From: Cyanophyceae cyanobacterium | GTDB lineage: Bacteria; Cyanobacteriota; Cyanobacteriia; Cyanobacteriales; JBHJGN01 | DNA length: 21,340 nucleotides | NCBI GenBank assembly: GCA_050331735.1 | Contig: JBHJGN010000089.1 | Location: forward strand, 1 to 21,340 | Reading direction: 5' to 3' | Part shown: piece after piece, positions 1 through 7,272 of the stretch | How positions within the stretch are numbered: the first letter of the stretch is position 1 | Layout: each line of letters begins with the position of its first letter | Translations under genes and position numbers: made by a program | Notes under the pieces: generated by a model | Told to the model about the DNA's origin: nothing | What the model saw: only the letters and a program-made list of their open reading frames with translations | Database searches by the model: none

Positions 1-57
1 TTCTATCGCCAAGCATTGCTTAGCTTTGCCGGATATTTTCATCTCTAGCACCAACAT
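1..57 (-). CDS. tnpB: 5' end (19 codons, truncated by window edge) of a probable IS200/IS605-family RNA-guided endonuclease TnpB
   Basis: The minus strand from ATG at 57 reads MLVLEMKISGKAKQCLAIE and stays open to position 1. This resembles the N-terminus of cyanobacterial TnpB (MLVLEYKxxGKxxQYxAIDEAIRT-like, from memory). SD-like AAGGGAG lies 6 nt upstream, and the ORF starts 110 bp inside an IS605-type left end. Confidence 0.75.
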   Translation of the reverse strand, partial: MLVLEMKISGKAKQCLAIE

Positions 58-167
58 AGACTTCTCCCTTAACAGCATAAGCCTCTGCAAGCTGACTCAC
101 GGCGCCTCAAGCCGCAATCGTATTCATCCAACGGCTAAAGCACGTTGGCTTTCTACTTCACAGCTCG
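1..167 (-). mobile_element. Left end of an IS200/IS605-family insertion sequence (IS1341-like, tnpB-only layout), running off the window
   Basis: Minus strand: TTAC (171-168) | CGAGCTGTGAAGTAG (15 nt) | AAAG (152-149) | hairpin CCAACG-T-GCTTTAGC-CGTTGG (148-128). This has the same cleavage tetramer, guide tetramer and spacing as the IS608 left end. Confidence 0.8.
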
Positions 168-244
168 GTAAGGTTGGAGAGCGTTGTTAGTTGCGGTCAT
201 CCCTGAGTAGGATGTCAGAACTGGTGTAAGCAACCACAATTTTC

Positions 245-250
245 TACAAT
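245..250 (+). promoter_or_regulatory. Putative -10 element (TACAAT) for the CBS-nblB genes
   Basis: TACAAT, a 5/6 match to TATAAT, 33 nt upstream of the ATG at 284. No clear -35. Confidence 0.35.
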
Positions 251-283
251 AGGTTCACCCCTTGAGAAACACCTTCAACCTCC

Positions 284-742
284 ATGACTAAATCTGTTGC
301 CGACGTCATGACCCCCGGTCCAGTAACGGTCAAGTCGCAAGCGCCTTTGAGTGAAGCGATTAAAATTTTGGCGGAGCAATCTTTTAGCGGACTTCCGGTA
401 GTGGATACAGCCGGAAAGCTAGTCGGCGTGATCTCGGAAACAGATTTAATGTGGCAAGAAACGGGAGTAGACCCGCCGCCTTACATTATGTTTCTCGATA
501 GCGTGATCTATCTGCAAAACCCGGCTCGGTATGAGAAGGAAATTCATAAAGCCCTCGGGCAAACCGTTGCCGAAGTGATGAACGACAAACCGATTAGCAT
601 CAGACCCAATCAAACTTTACGGGAAGCGGCGCATTTGATGCACGAAAAGAAGATTGGGCGTTTGCCTGTCGTTGATCCTCGTAACGGTCAAGTGGTTGGA
701 ATTCTCACCCGTGGAGATATTGTTCGGGCGATGGCAGAATAA
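284..742 (+). CDS. Tandem CBS-domain (Bateman module) protein
   Basis: Two CBS repeats (VADVMT...SGLPVVD...LVGVISETDL and VAEVMN...GRLPVVD...VVGILTRGDIV); 152 aa. Confidence 0.92.
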   Translation: MTKSVADVMTPGPVTVKSQAPLSEAIKILAEQSFSGLPVVDTAGKLVGVISETDLMWQETGVDPPPYIMFLDSVIYLQNPARYEKEIHKALGQTVAEVMNDKPISIRPNQTLREAAHLMHEKKIGRLPVVDPRNGQVVGILTRGDIVRAMAE

Positions 743-765
743 ACCAATTTTATGAAGGAACTACT

Positions 766-1425
766 ATGAACGTTACACCTGAAGCCGTTCAACAATTACT
801 TGATTCTGAAGACTACGGCGAACGTATCCGGGGAATCAACCAGCTCCGTCAGCTAGAATCAAAACAGGCTTTTGAGATGATTCAGCCTTTGGTAACCGAT
901 AAAAATACCCGAGTTCGCTATGCAGCGGTCAGTCAGTTTGATACGTTAGGACAAAACGATTTAGAGCAATCTTTATCTCTGTTGCGCGATCGCCTCCTCA
1001 ACGACCCCGAACCCGACGTGCAGGCTGCTGCCGCTGATGCCTTGGGAGGACTCCAAATTGCCGAGGCCTTTGATGACCTAGAGCATCTCTATCATCAAAC
1101 GTCAGAGTGGCTGATTCAGTTTAGTATTGTGGCCGCTCTCGGCGAAATGGGAGAGCCTCGCGGCTTCGACCTGCTCAAAGAAGCTTTAGACTCCAATAAC
1201 AACCTGATCCAAACGGCAGCCATTAGTTCCCTGGGTGAACTCGGTGACGAACGGGCTATTCCTCTCATTGTTCCTTTCGCCAGCGATTCCGACTGGCAAA
1301 TTCGCTACCGTCTTGCGCAAGCGTTAGGCAAACTTAGGGGGCCAAATTCCCAAGGAACCTTAGAAAAGCTGTCTCAAGATGAAGTCGAACAGGTGGCGGA
1401 CGAGGCGAGAAAAAATTTGGCCTAG
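766..1425 (+). CDS. nblB: Phycobilisome degradation protein NblB (PBS-lyase HEAT repeats)
   Basis: HEAT/PBS-lyase repeats (RVRYAAVSQ, DPEPDVQAAAADALGGL, EWLIQFSIVAALGE, DWQIRYRLAQALG). The N-terminus MNVTPEAVQQLLDSEDYGERIRG is typical of NblB. SD-like AAGGA upstream. Confidence 0.8.
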   Translation: MNVTPEAVQQLLDSEDYGERIRGINQLRQLESKQAFEMIQPLVTDKNTRVRYAAVSQFDTLGQNDLEQSLSLLRDRLLNDPEPDVQAAAADALGGLQIAEAFDDLEHLYHQTSEWLIQFSIVAALGEMGEPRGFDLLKEALDSNNNLIQTAAISSLGELGDERAIPLIVPFASDSDWQIRYRLAQALGKLRGPNSQGTLEKLSQDEVEQVADEARKNLA

Positions 1426-1577
1426 TCTGCTCCGGGCGCAAGCGACTAACGGCGAGAACATTTGTCAGATTTTGGTTGTTGAGATCCGGCTTTTTGCTTT
1501 AAACTTTTCTACTAGCAATGAGCATTTAAGCATTTAAGCCCCTCCTTGAGGAAAGCTTTTACCGCCATAGATTAACC

Positions 1578-2690
1578 GTGCGAGAGCCGATTGTCCAGAT
1601 TTCTCTAATCGCCGTCTTCGGGGCAGCAGTCCCCTTCCTATCGGCAACGGCCTTTGAGCCGCTGCCTGTGAAGCTGGCTCAAGCTAAATTCTTGAGCAGC
1701 CAGACACAGCCGCAGCAGCTTAACGAGCTACTGCGCAGAGGACGCGAATACGCAGACGCGGAGGATTTTGAAAGCGCTATTGCCATTTATCAACAGGCAG
1801 CCGCTTTAGACCGGAGCAACCCCAAAATTCACTCTGGAATTGGCTACCTCCAAGCACAGCAGGGAAACTACGCAGCAGCAGCGAAAGCTTATCAGCAAGC
1901 AGTCCTCCTCGATCCTGGCAATGCTGATTTTTACTATGCTTTAGGATATAGCCTCGCCAAGCTAGAAGACAACGCCAATGCTGCCATTGCTTTTTATCGA
2001 GCGGCAGAGCTAGAACCTGACAATGTTAAGCATCAGCTCGGATTAGGCATCGTTCTGCTGCGGCAGGAAGACTACGATGGAGTGATTAAGACTTATAGGC
2101 GAGTGCTCGCTCTCGATCCCGATAATCTCGACGCTTACGGAGCGATCGCCACTGTTTTACTTAAGCAGGAACAATATCGAGAAGCCGTTGGGTTTCTGCG
2201 ACAGGCAACGGCTCAGTTTCCCAACAGCACCGCTCTCCGACTACAGCTAGCAAACGCCTTGTTTAAGCAAGGCAGCACCCAAGCTGGTTTAGCCACTCTA
2301 CAAGAGGTCAAGCGGCTTGAGCCTCGCAATCTGCAAGTCCAGTTAGCGATCGCCAGAATCCTCCGCGACCGCCAAGATCTTGACGGAGCATTAACTGCGT
2401 ATAAAAGAGCTGCGGCCCTTCAGCCTCAATCAGTAGAAGCTCAGGCAGAAATCGGCGAAATTATGCTGGAGAAGCAAGACTACCTTCAGGCTGTCGTCGC
2501 CTATCGGCGCTTGGTAGAGCTGATCCCCGATAATCCTGCGGCCTATCATAATTTAGGCGTAGCTTTAAAGGCTAGAGAAAGAAACCGCGAGGCAACTGAG
2601 GTGTTAGAGAAAGCCCGCGATCTGTATCAGCGTCAGGGTGATACAGCAGGGGTTGGGCAGGTAGAGGTGCTGCTTGAAGAGTTGCAGTAG
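1578..2690 (+). CDS. Tetratricopeptide-repeat protein with hydrophobic N-terminal signal/anchor
   Basis: Many tandem ~34-aa repeats (A..Y..A..LDP.N....Y.LG). Hydrophobic residues 5-25. GTG start, exact start uncertain. Confidence 0.88.
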   Translation: MREPIVQISLIAVFGAAVPFLSATAFEPLPVKLAQAKFLSSQTQPQQLNELLRRGREYADAEDFESAIAIYQQAAALDRSNPKIHSGIGYLQAQQGNYAAAAKAYQQAVLLDPGNADFYYALGYSLAKLEDNANAAIAFYRAAELEPDNVKHQLGLGIVLLRQEDYDGVIKTYRRVLALDPDNLDAYGAIATVLLKQEQYREAVGFLRQATAQFPNSTALRLQLANALFKQGSTQAGLATLQEVKRLEPRNLQVQLAIARILRDRQDLDGALTAYKRAAALQPQSVEAQAEIGEIMLEKQDYLQAVVAYRRLVELIPDNPAAYHNLGVALKARERNREATEVLEKARDLYQRQGDTAGVGQVEVLLEELQ

Positions 2691-2697
2691 ACCGGTG

Positions 2698-2719
2698 CGG
2701 AACGGGGAAAGGGGAAAGG
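2698..2719 (+). repeat. STRR-like GGGGAAA repeat element, copy 1
   Basis: CGGAACGGGGAAAGGGGAAAGG, 7 nt after the TPR gene stop; 21/22 identical to the reverse complement of 3967-3988. Confidence 0.7.
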
Positions 2720-2754
2720 CAGGTTGATAGCTTTGGGCGACACAAAAAGCTGGA

Positions 2755-3846
2755 TTAGAGATAGTTTTGCAGAATCTCGGCGGTGGCTTGTCCGGTCTTT
2801 TGCCAGGAAAATTGCTTGGCCTGCTTCAGGCCGAGGCGGCTGAGGTGCGATCGCACCGGGGCCTCTTCTGCTAATGTGGCGATCGCCCCCGCAATTTCTG
2901 AGGTGCTGTAAGGATCGACTAAAAGAGCCGCATCTCCAGCAACTTCGGGTAAGGAAGATACGTTAGAGGTCATCACGGGAGTGCCACAGGCCATTGCTTC
3001 GAGAACAGGAAGACCAAATCCTTCCCAAAGTGACGGGAATACTAAAGCGGTCGCGTTACGTATCAGCGTGGGTAATTGGTCTTCAGGAACATAGTCTAGA
3101 AACCGGACGCGATCGCTAAGCCCTAACTCCTCGACCTGTGTTTGTAAGTGTGGAGTGTAGCGGCGGTCGGGGGCTCCAGCTAGCCACAGTTGATAATCGC
3201 CGCACCGGACGCTGGCGAAAGCCTGAATCAAGCGGTGCAGATTTTTGTGGGGATTGTGGCGACCAACGTACAAAAAGTAGGGAGTGCTAGAGATTTGACG
3301 AGAGGAGCCGGAAAAAAAACGCTCGGCATCGTAAGCAAGCTGGATGGGAGTAATTTTGCCAGCGGAGATTCCGTAAAAATCAGCGATATCCCGAGCCGTT
3401 GCCGTAGAGTTACAAATAATGTGTTCAGCTTGTGCCAGCACTTGAGGAACGTAGGTGCGGCAGTAATAGGTTAACGAGGACCGTTGCGGAAACCGCAGCG
3501 GAATTAAATCGTGAACCATCACGACGGCACAACAGCGACGATAGAGAGGCGCTTCAGGAACCGGAGAAAACAGCAGAGAAGCCTCAAGCTGACGAAAAAT
3601 GGAAGCTAGCCGAAACTGAGTCCACCACAAACGGCGGGCATGACCTTTTGCTCCATACTCGGGGGACAGATTGCCCGGAATCCGATGACAGCAATACCCA
3701 GCAATCTGCTTAGCTGCTAGCAGTGTTGGCTGAAGTGGCTGTAGATGAGGCAGTAGGCTTGTCGCATAGTGACTAATCCCTGTCGGCTGAGCCAGCAGCA
3801 CAGAAAGGTTAATGAGCAACGGATTGGTAGCCGTTTTTTCTACCAT
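2755..3846 (-). CDS. GT4-family glycosyltransferase (MtfB/mannosyltransferase-like)
   Basis: Motifs [17 protein letters not shown] and [22 protein letters not shown] (E-X7-E). Confidence 0.92.
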   Translation of the reverse strand: MVEKTATNPLLINLSVLLAQPTGISHYATSLLPHLQPLQPTLLAAKQIAGYCCHRIPGNLSPEYGAKGHARRLWWTQFRLASIFRQLEASLLFSPVPEAPLYRRCCAVVMVHDLIPLRFPQRSSLTYYCRTYVPQVLAQAEHIICNSTATARDIADFYGISAGKITPIQLAYDAERFFSGSSRQISSTPYFLYVGRHNPHKNLHRLIQAFASVRCGDYQLWLAGAPDRRYTPHLQTQVEELGLSDRVRFLDYVPEDQLPTLIRNATALVFPSLWEGFGLPVLEAMACGTPVMTSNVSSLPEVAGDAALLVDPYSTSEIAGAIATLAEEAPVRSHLSRLGLKQAKQFSWQKTGQATAEILQNYL

Positions 3847-3851
3847 GTAGC

Positions 3852-3883
3852 TTGTTGATGGTTGATGGTTAATTGTTCATTGT
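3852..3883. repeat. Degenerate heptamer tandem repeat (STRR-like)
   Basis: TTGTTGA TGGTTGA TGGTTAA TTGTTCA TTGT, about 4.5 units, 5 nt upstream of the GT4 start codon. Confidence 0.7.
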
Positions 3884-3966
3884 CTTCTAATGGGCTTGTT
3901 TGTCTCTCGTTCTTCAAGAATTGCCTGAGAGTAGATGCTGAGTAACGAGTTAAAGCTAATATCTTC

Positions 3967-3988
3967 CCTTTCCCCTTTTCCCGTTCCG
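3967..3988 (-). repeat. STRR-like GGGGAAA repeat element, copy 2
   Basis: Minus strand CGGAACGGGAAAAGGGGAAAGG, 6 nt after the wzt stop codon. Confidence 0.7.
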
Positions 3989-3994
3989 GAGGAA

Positions 3995-4753
3995 CTAGTT
4001 CTCCTTTCCCCGTCCTCCCAGGACACTTTCTAAATAGGCATCCACTACTTCATTCGCCTGTCCAAGCATTCTCACTTTTCCTTGCTCTAGCCACAGTACG
4101 CAGTTACAGGAGTGGCGCACAAAATCCAAATCGTGAGACACTAGCAAAATTGTCACCGAATCCTGCCAAAATTTTTGCATCCTTTGCTGACATTTACTCT
4201 TAAACTTCTCGTCCCCTACCGACAACACTTCATCGAGAATTAGAATGTCCGGCTGGGTGTCGGTGGCGATCGCAAATCCTAGCCTTGCGACCATTCCTGA
4301 AGAGAGGGCTTTTACAGGAGCCAAGGCATACTCTTCAAGTTCAGCAAACTCTAAAATCAAGGGGATTCTTTGCCGGATTTCCCGTCGAGAGAAACCGAGC
4401 ATAACTCCGTACATAACAATGTTGTCAGTAACCGACAAGTTCTCGTCAAAGCCTGCCCCAAGTTCGATGAGCGGCGCAATCTCTCCGCGGACTCGCACCT
4501 GCCCTTTCGTCGGACGTAGAATTCCACAAATGACTTTAAGTAACGTCGATTTGCCGGAACCGTTGGCACCAATGATGCCTACTTTCTCTCCAGGCTGAAT
4601 GGCAACATCAATATTGTTGAGGACTAGCTTCTTAGCTGGTTGGCGGTATTTGCCTTCGACAACGGTGAGCAGTGTCTTCTTGAGATCGTAAGAAAATTCT
4701 TCTTGGGTTCTCCGCCACAGGGAAACGTTGCTTAGTTGAATTACTGCTGCCAT
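3995..4753 (-). CDS. wzt: Polysaccharide ABC exporter ATP-binding subunit (Wzt/RfbB/TagH-like), no C-terminal carbohydrate-binding domain
   Basis: Walker A GANGSGKST, LIELGAGF, signature LSSGM, Walker B ILILDE, H-loop VSHD; 252 aa. Confidence 0.9.
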   Translation of the reverse strand: MAAVIQLSNVSLWRRTQEEFSYDLKKTLLTVVEGKYRQPAKKLVLNNIDVAIQPGEKVGIIGANGSGKSTLLKVICGILRPTKGQVRVRGEIAPLIELGAGFDENLSVTDNIVMYGVMLGFSRREIRQRIPLILEFAELEEYALAPVKALSSGMVARLGFAIATDTQPDILILDEVLSVGDEKFKSKCQQRMQKFWQDSVTILLVSHDLDFVRHSCNCVLWLEQGKVRMLGQANEVVDAYLESVLGGRGKEN

Positions 4754-4799
4754 TGACTAAAACATTCGTGGAGAGCCTTGACTTTGAAGAGCGGGAGCC

Positions 4800-5597
4800 T
4801 TACAGCAAATCCATAAACTGGGGTTGCCACATCCGAAAGCAAGTCCAGCCAAACCCTAACAGTATTAAAGCACTAATCCCTGACTGTCCGATCAGCACGA
4901 TATCTGGCACTTCTCCAGAAAGAGAAATCTGGCGAATACTCTCGATAATAGGAAGCAACGGGTTCAAGAGCAAAAACAGCTTCACGCTAGCAGGCACAAT
5001 TTCTGCTGGATAGAAAACGGGCGAAGAAATCCAGAGGACAAACGTGACTAGCTCATAAAAATAAGGCAAGTCCCGAAAGAATACGTAGAGACTACTGACT
5101 AAAAAACCAATGCCAACACAGACCAATACCAAGAAAAACAGAGGAAAAAGGAGAAAAATTAGATTAAGCAGGCTCTGTGACTTGATTACAGTCATGACGG
5201 CCAGTAGAGGCAGCATCCCCACCGAAAACTGAAAAACATTGGCTCCTACCTCCGCAACGGGAAAGACGCTCACTGGTAACCGAATTTTATTCAGTAAAGA
5301 GCCGTTATCGACAACGCTCACTAAAGCTTGAGTGGTTGCTCCGTTAAAAAAATGAATCACGACCAAGCCGGTAAAGGCAGCCAGCACATAGTTAACCATT
5401 GAGTTATCGTAGTAAGCTGAAAAGGCCGCACCAAAAATTGCTGTATATAATCCCGTCATGATCAGCGGATTGAGCAGAGACCAGTACACTCCTAAAAAAG
5501 AACCCCGGTAGCGAACTTTGAGATTGCGCTCTACTAAAACAGTCATTAGCTCCCAATATTTGTGTATTTTCAGCGCTGGAAAGACAGTTTGACTCAT
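4800..5597 (-). CDS. wzm: Polysaccharide ABC-2 exporter permease (Wzm/RfbA-like)
   Basis: LKVRYRGSFLGVYWSLLNPL, FFRDL, SPVFYP and LNPL motifs; about 6 TM segments. ATG at 5597 preferred over the ORF-track start at 5624. Confidence 0.9.
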   Translation of the reverse strand: MSQTVFPALKIHKYWELMTVLVERNLKVRYRGSFLGVYWSLLNPLIMTGLYTAIFGAAFSAYYDNSMVNYVLAAFTGLVVIHFFNGATTQALVSVVDNGSLLNKIRLPVSVFPVAEVGANVFQFSVGMLPLLAVMTVIKSQSLLNLIFLLFPLFFLVLVCVGIGFLVSSLYVFFRDLPYFYELVTFVLWISSPVFYPAEIVPASVKLFLLLNPLLPIIESIRQISLSGEVPDIVLIGQSGISALILLGFGWTCFRMWQPQFMDLL

Positions 5598-5787
5598 CAC
5601 TAAAATTATTAAATTGGGAGGCAATTATACCTGATTGACTACGATTGTGTCGAATGACGGGCCATGAGTTTCGTTCAATTCTCAGTATCTAGAGTCGGTG
5701 ATCGTTTTAGCTTCCCGAGCATCATCATGGAGGGGACAGATTCAGGTAAACTGATGAATGGTTCATTGCAAGAGTAAATAGGCAGGA

Positions 5788-5982
5788 ATGGAAATCGGGC
5801 AAAAAGTTAAAGTTTATCGCTTAAGAGATAGAGTCGCTTCTAACATTATTGATAAACTAGGCAAAATCGGCACCATCAGAGACTTTAAAATGACCGACGG
5901 TAGCGGCGTTGGTGTGATCGTAAGATTTGAAGACAATAGCGCCACTTGGTTTTTTGAAGACGAGATTAAGCCAGTTGGGTAG
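5788..5982 (+). CDS. petP: Cytochrome b6f-associated subunit PetP (DUF2862)
   Basis: 64 aa, MEIGQKVKV.RLRDRV...KMTDGSG.G..V.F.D...TWFFEDE pattern; SD-like AGGCAGGA. Confidence 0.88.
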   Translation: MEIGQKVKVYRLRDRVASNIIDKLGKIGTIRDFKMTDGSGVGVIVRFEDNSATWFFEDEIKPVG

Positions 5983-5997
5983 TAAAAATAAGAAACA

Positions 5998-7092
5998 ATG
6001 GCTTTGATTTTAACTTTTTTAGGCACAGGCAACAGCGATCGCACCACCGTGGCGATCGCCGCTGCCAAACAGTTTGCCTCCCTAGGCGATCGCGTCCTCT
6101 TGGCCGGACAAGATCCCGGACCGGCTTTAGATCTGCTCCTTGGAGCAACGCTGTCTTCAGAGCCCGTAGCGGTCAACCCAAACCTCTCTGCTGTCAAGCT
6201 ACGGGCAACGAGCTTGCTGGAGCAAAGCTGGGAAGAAGTCAAAAAACTAGAGGCTCAGTACCTCCGCTCTCCTACCCTCAAGAATGTCTACGGTCAAGAA
6301 CTCGGCATTCTACCGGGAATGGATAGTGCGCTGGCCTTGAATGCCCTGCGAGAGTACAACAGTAGTGGTCAGTACGATGTGATCGTCTATGACGGAACTG
6401 GTGATCTGCATACGCTGCGAATGTTAGGAATCCCAGAAGTATTTAGCTGGTATATCCGCCGTTTCCGTCAGGTGTTTGTTGATTCAGATTTGGGGAAAGC
6501 GATTACTCCGTTTATTCAACCCGTCAGCGGAGCGATTCTCAACGTAGCTTGGAATGCTGACAGCTTTAATCAACCAACCAATCAAGCCGATCAGCTCCTT
6601 GAAGAAGGCAAAGCGGCTTTAGCCGATCCGAACCGCGTGGTAGCTTACCTGGTAACGACTGACGAGCCGGTAGCGATCGCTACGGCTAAATATTTATGGG
6701 GAAGTGCTCAGCAGGTTAATCTTACCGTTGGCGGGGTTCTCCTCAATGGCTCAGAAGTGACAGAAGCACTCGTGAACGAATTTGCTCCTCTGACTCTGAC
6801 CTCTATTCCTCGTCGCGCTAACGAAGACTGGCAGCCGCTGATGGAAGCAATGCCTAACTTCCAAGATGTAGCTCAGGCGCCTAAACCCATCTCGATTGAG
6901 GTGGCAGCTCGTCAGGTACGGGTATTTCTCCCCGGTTTTGACAAAAAGCAGGTCAAGCTCACCCAGTACGGACCAGAAATTACGATCGAAGCCGGAGACC
7001 AGCGCAGAAACATTACCTTACCACCTTCTTTAAGCGGTCAATCGGTGAAAGGCGCTAAATTCCAAAACGGTTATCTGATTATTTCGCTTTAG
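5998..7092 (+). CDS. ArsA/Get3-family ATPase-like protein with C-terminal alpha-crystallin-like domain (Get3d / All4481-like)
   Basis: MALILTFLG N-terminus, QELGILPGMDSAL, YDVIVYDG, and C-terminal LPGFDKKQVKLTQYGPEITIEAGDQRRNI...AKFQNGYL. The P-loop is atypical (GTGNSDRTT). Confidence 0.88.
   Translation: MALILTFLGTGNSDRTTVAIAAAKQFASLGDRVLLAGQDPGPALDLLLGATLSSEPVAVNPNLSAVKLRATSLLEQSWEEVKKLEAQYLRSPTLKNVYGQELGILPGMDSALALNALREYNSSGQYDVIVYDGTGDLHTLRMLGIPEVFSWYIRRFRQVFVDSDLGKAITPFIQPVSGAILNVAWNADSFNQPTNQADQLLEEGKAALADPNRVVAYLVTTDEPVAIATAKYLWGSAQQVNLTVGGVLLNGSEVTEALVNEFAPLTLTSIPRRANEDWQPLMEAMPNFQDVAQAPKPISIEVAARQVRVFLPGFDKKQVKLTQYGPEITIEAGDQRRNITLPPSLSGQSVKGAKFQNGYLIISL
6035..6093. repeat. Cluster of three HIP1 palindromes (GCGATCGC)
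   Basis: Copies at 6035, 6052 and 6086. Others seen at 986, 2142, 2346, 2847, 2879, 3109, 4266, 6673, 7964, 8466, 10943, 13223, 14326, 14780, 15920, 17577, 17712 and 18303 (21 in total by eye, about 1 per kb). Confidence 0.92.
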
Positions 7093-7272
7093 ATTACTAA
7101 ATATATCTAAACAAGGACTAGCTCCTCCAGTAAATCACCTTCTGGCTACACTAAAGGAGATTCATTCTCCTGACTGCATCGCATCGTTCCAACGAGAACG
7201 ATTTGGCTGGCAGTAGATTGCCAACGCCATTAAGCGCCCCGTTAATGCCTACCCGTATCTTTAATCGAAGCG

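Noticed and set aside
284..742. CBS protein as the split partner of CP12 (CBS-CP12 fusions exist in cyanobacteria)
   Set aside because: The genes are about 15.5 kb apart in unrelated transcription units, and CP12 is a complete canonical stand-alone form.
1521..1539. AGCATTTA AGCATTTA AGC direct repeat upstream of the TPR gene
   Set aside because: Only about 2.4 units of an 8-mer; could be slippage, and I cannot match it to a known operator.
5814..6242. 142-aa minus-strand ORF and the other short ORFs nested in genes (e.g. 3190-3474, 4245-4598, 9892-10251, 13208-13525, 13766-14080)
   Set aside because: Antisense or off-frame shadows of well-supported genes, with no independent coding evidence.
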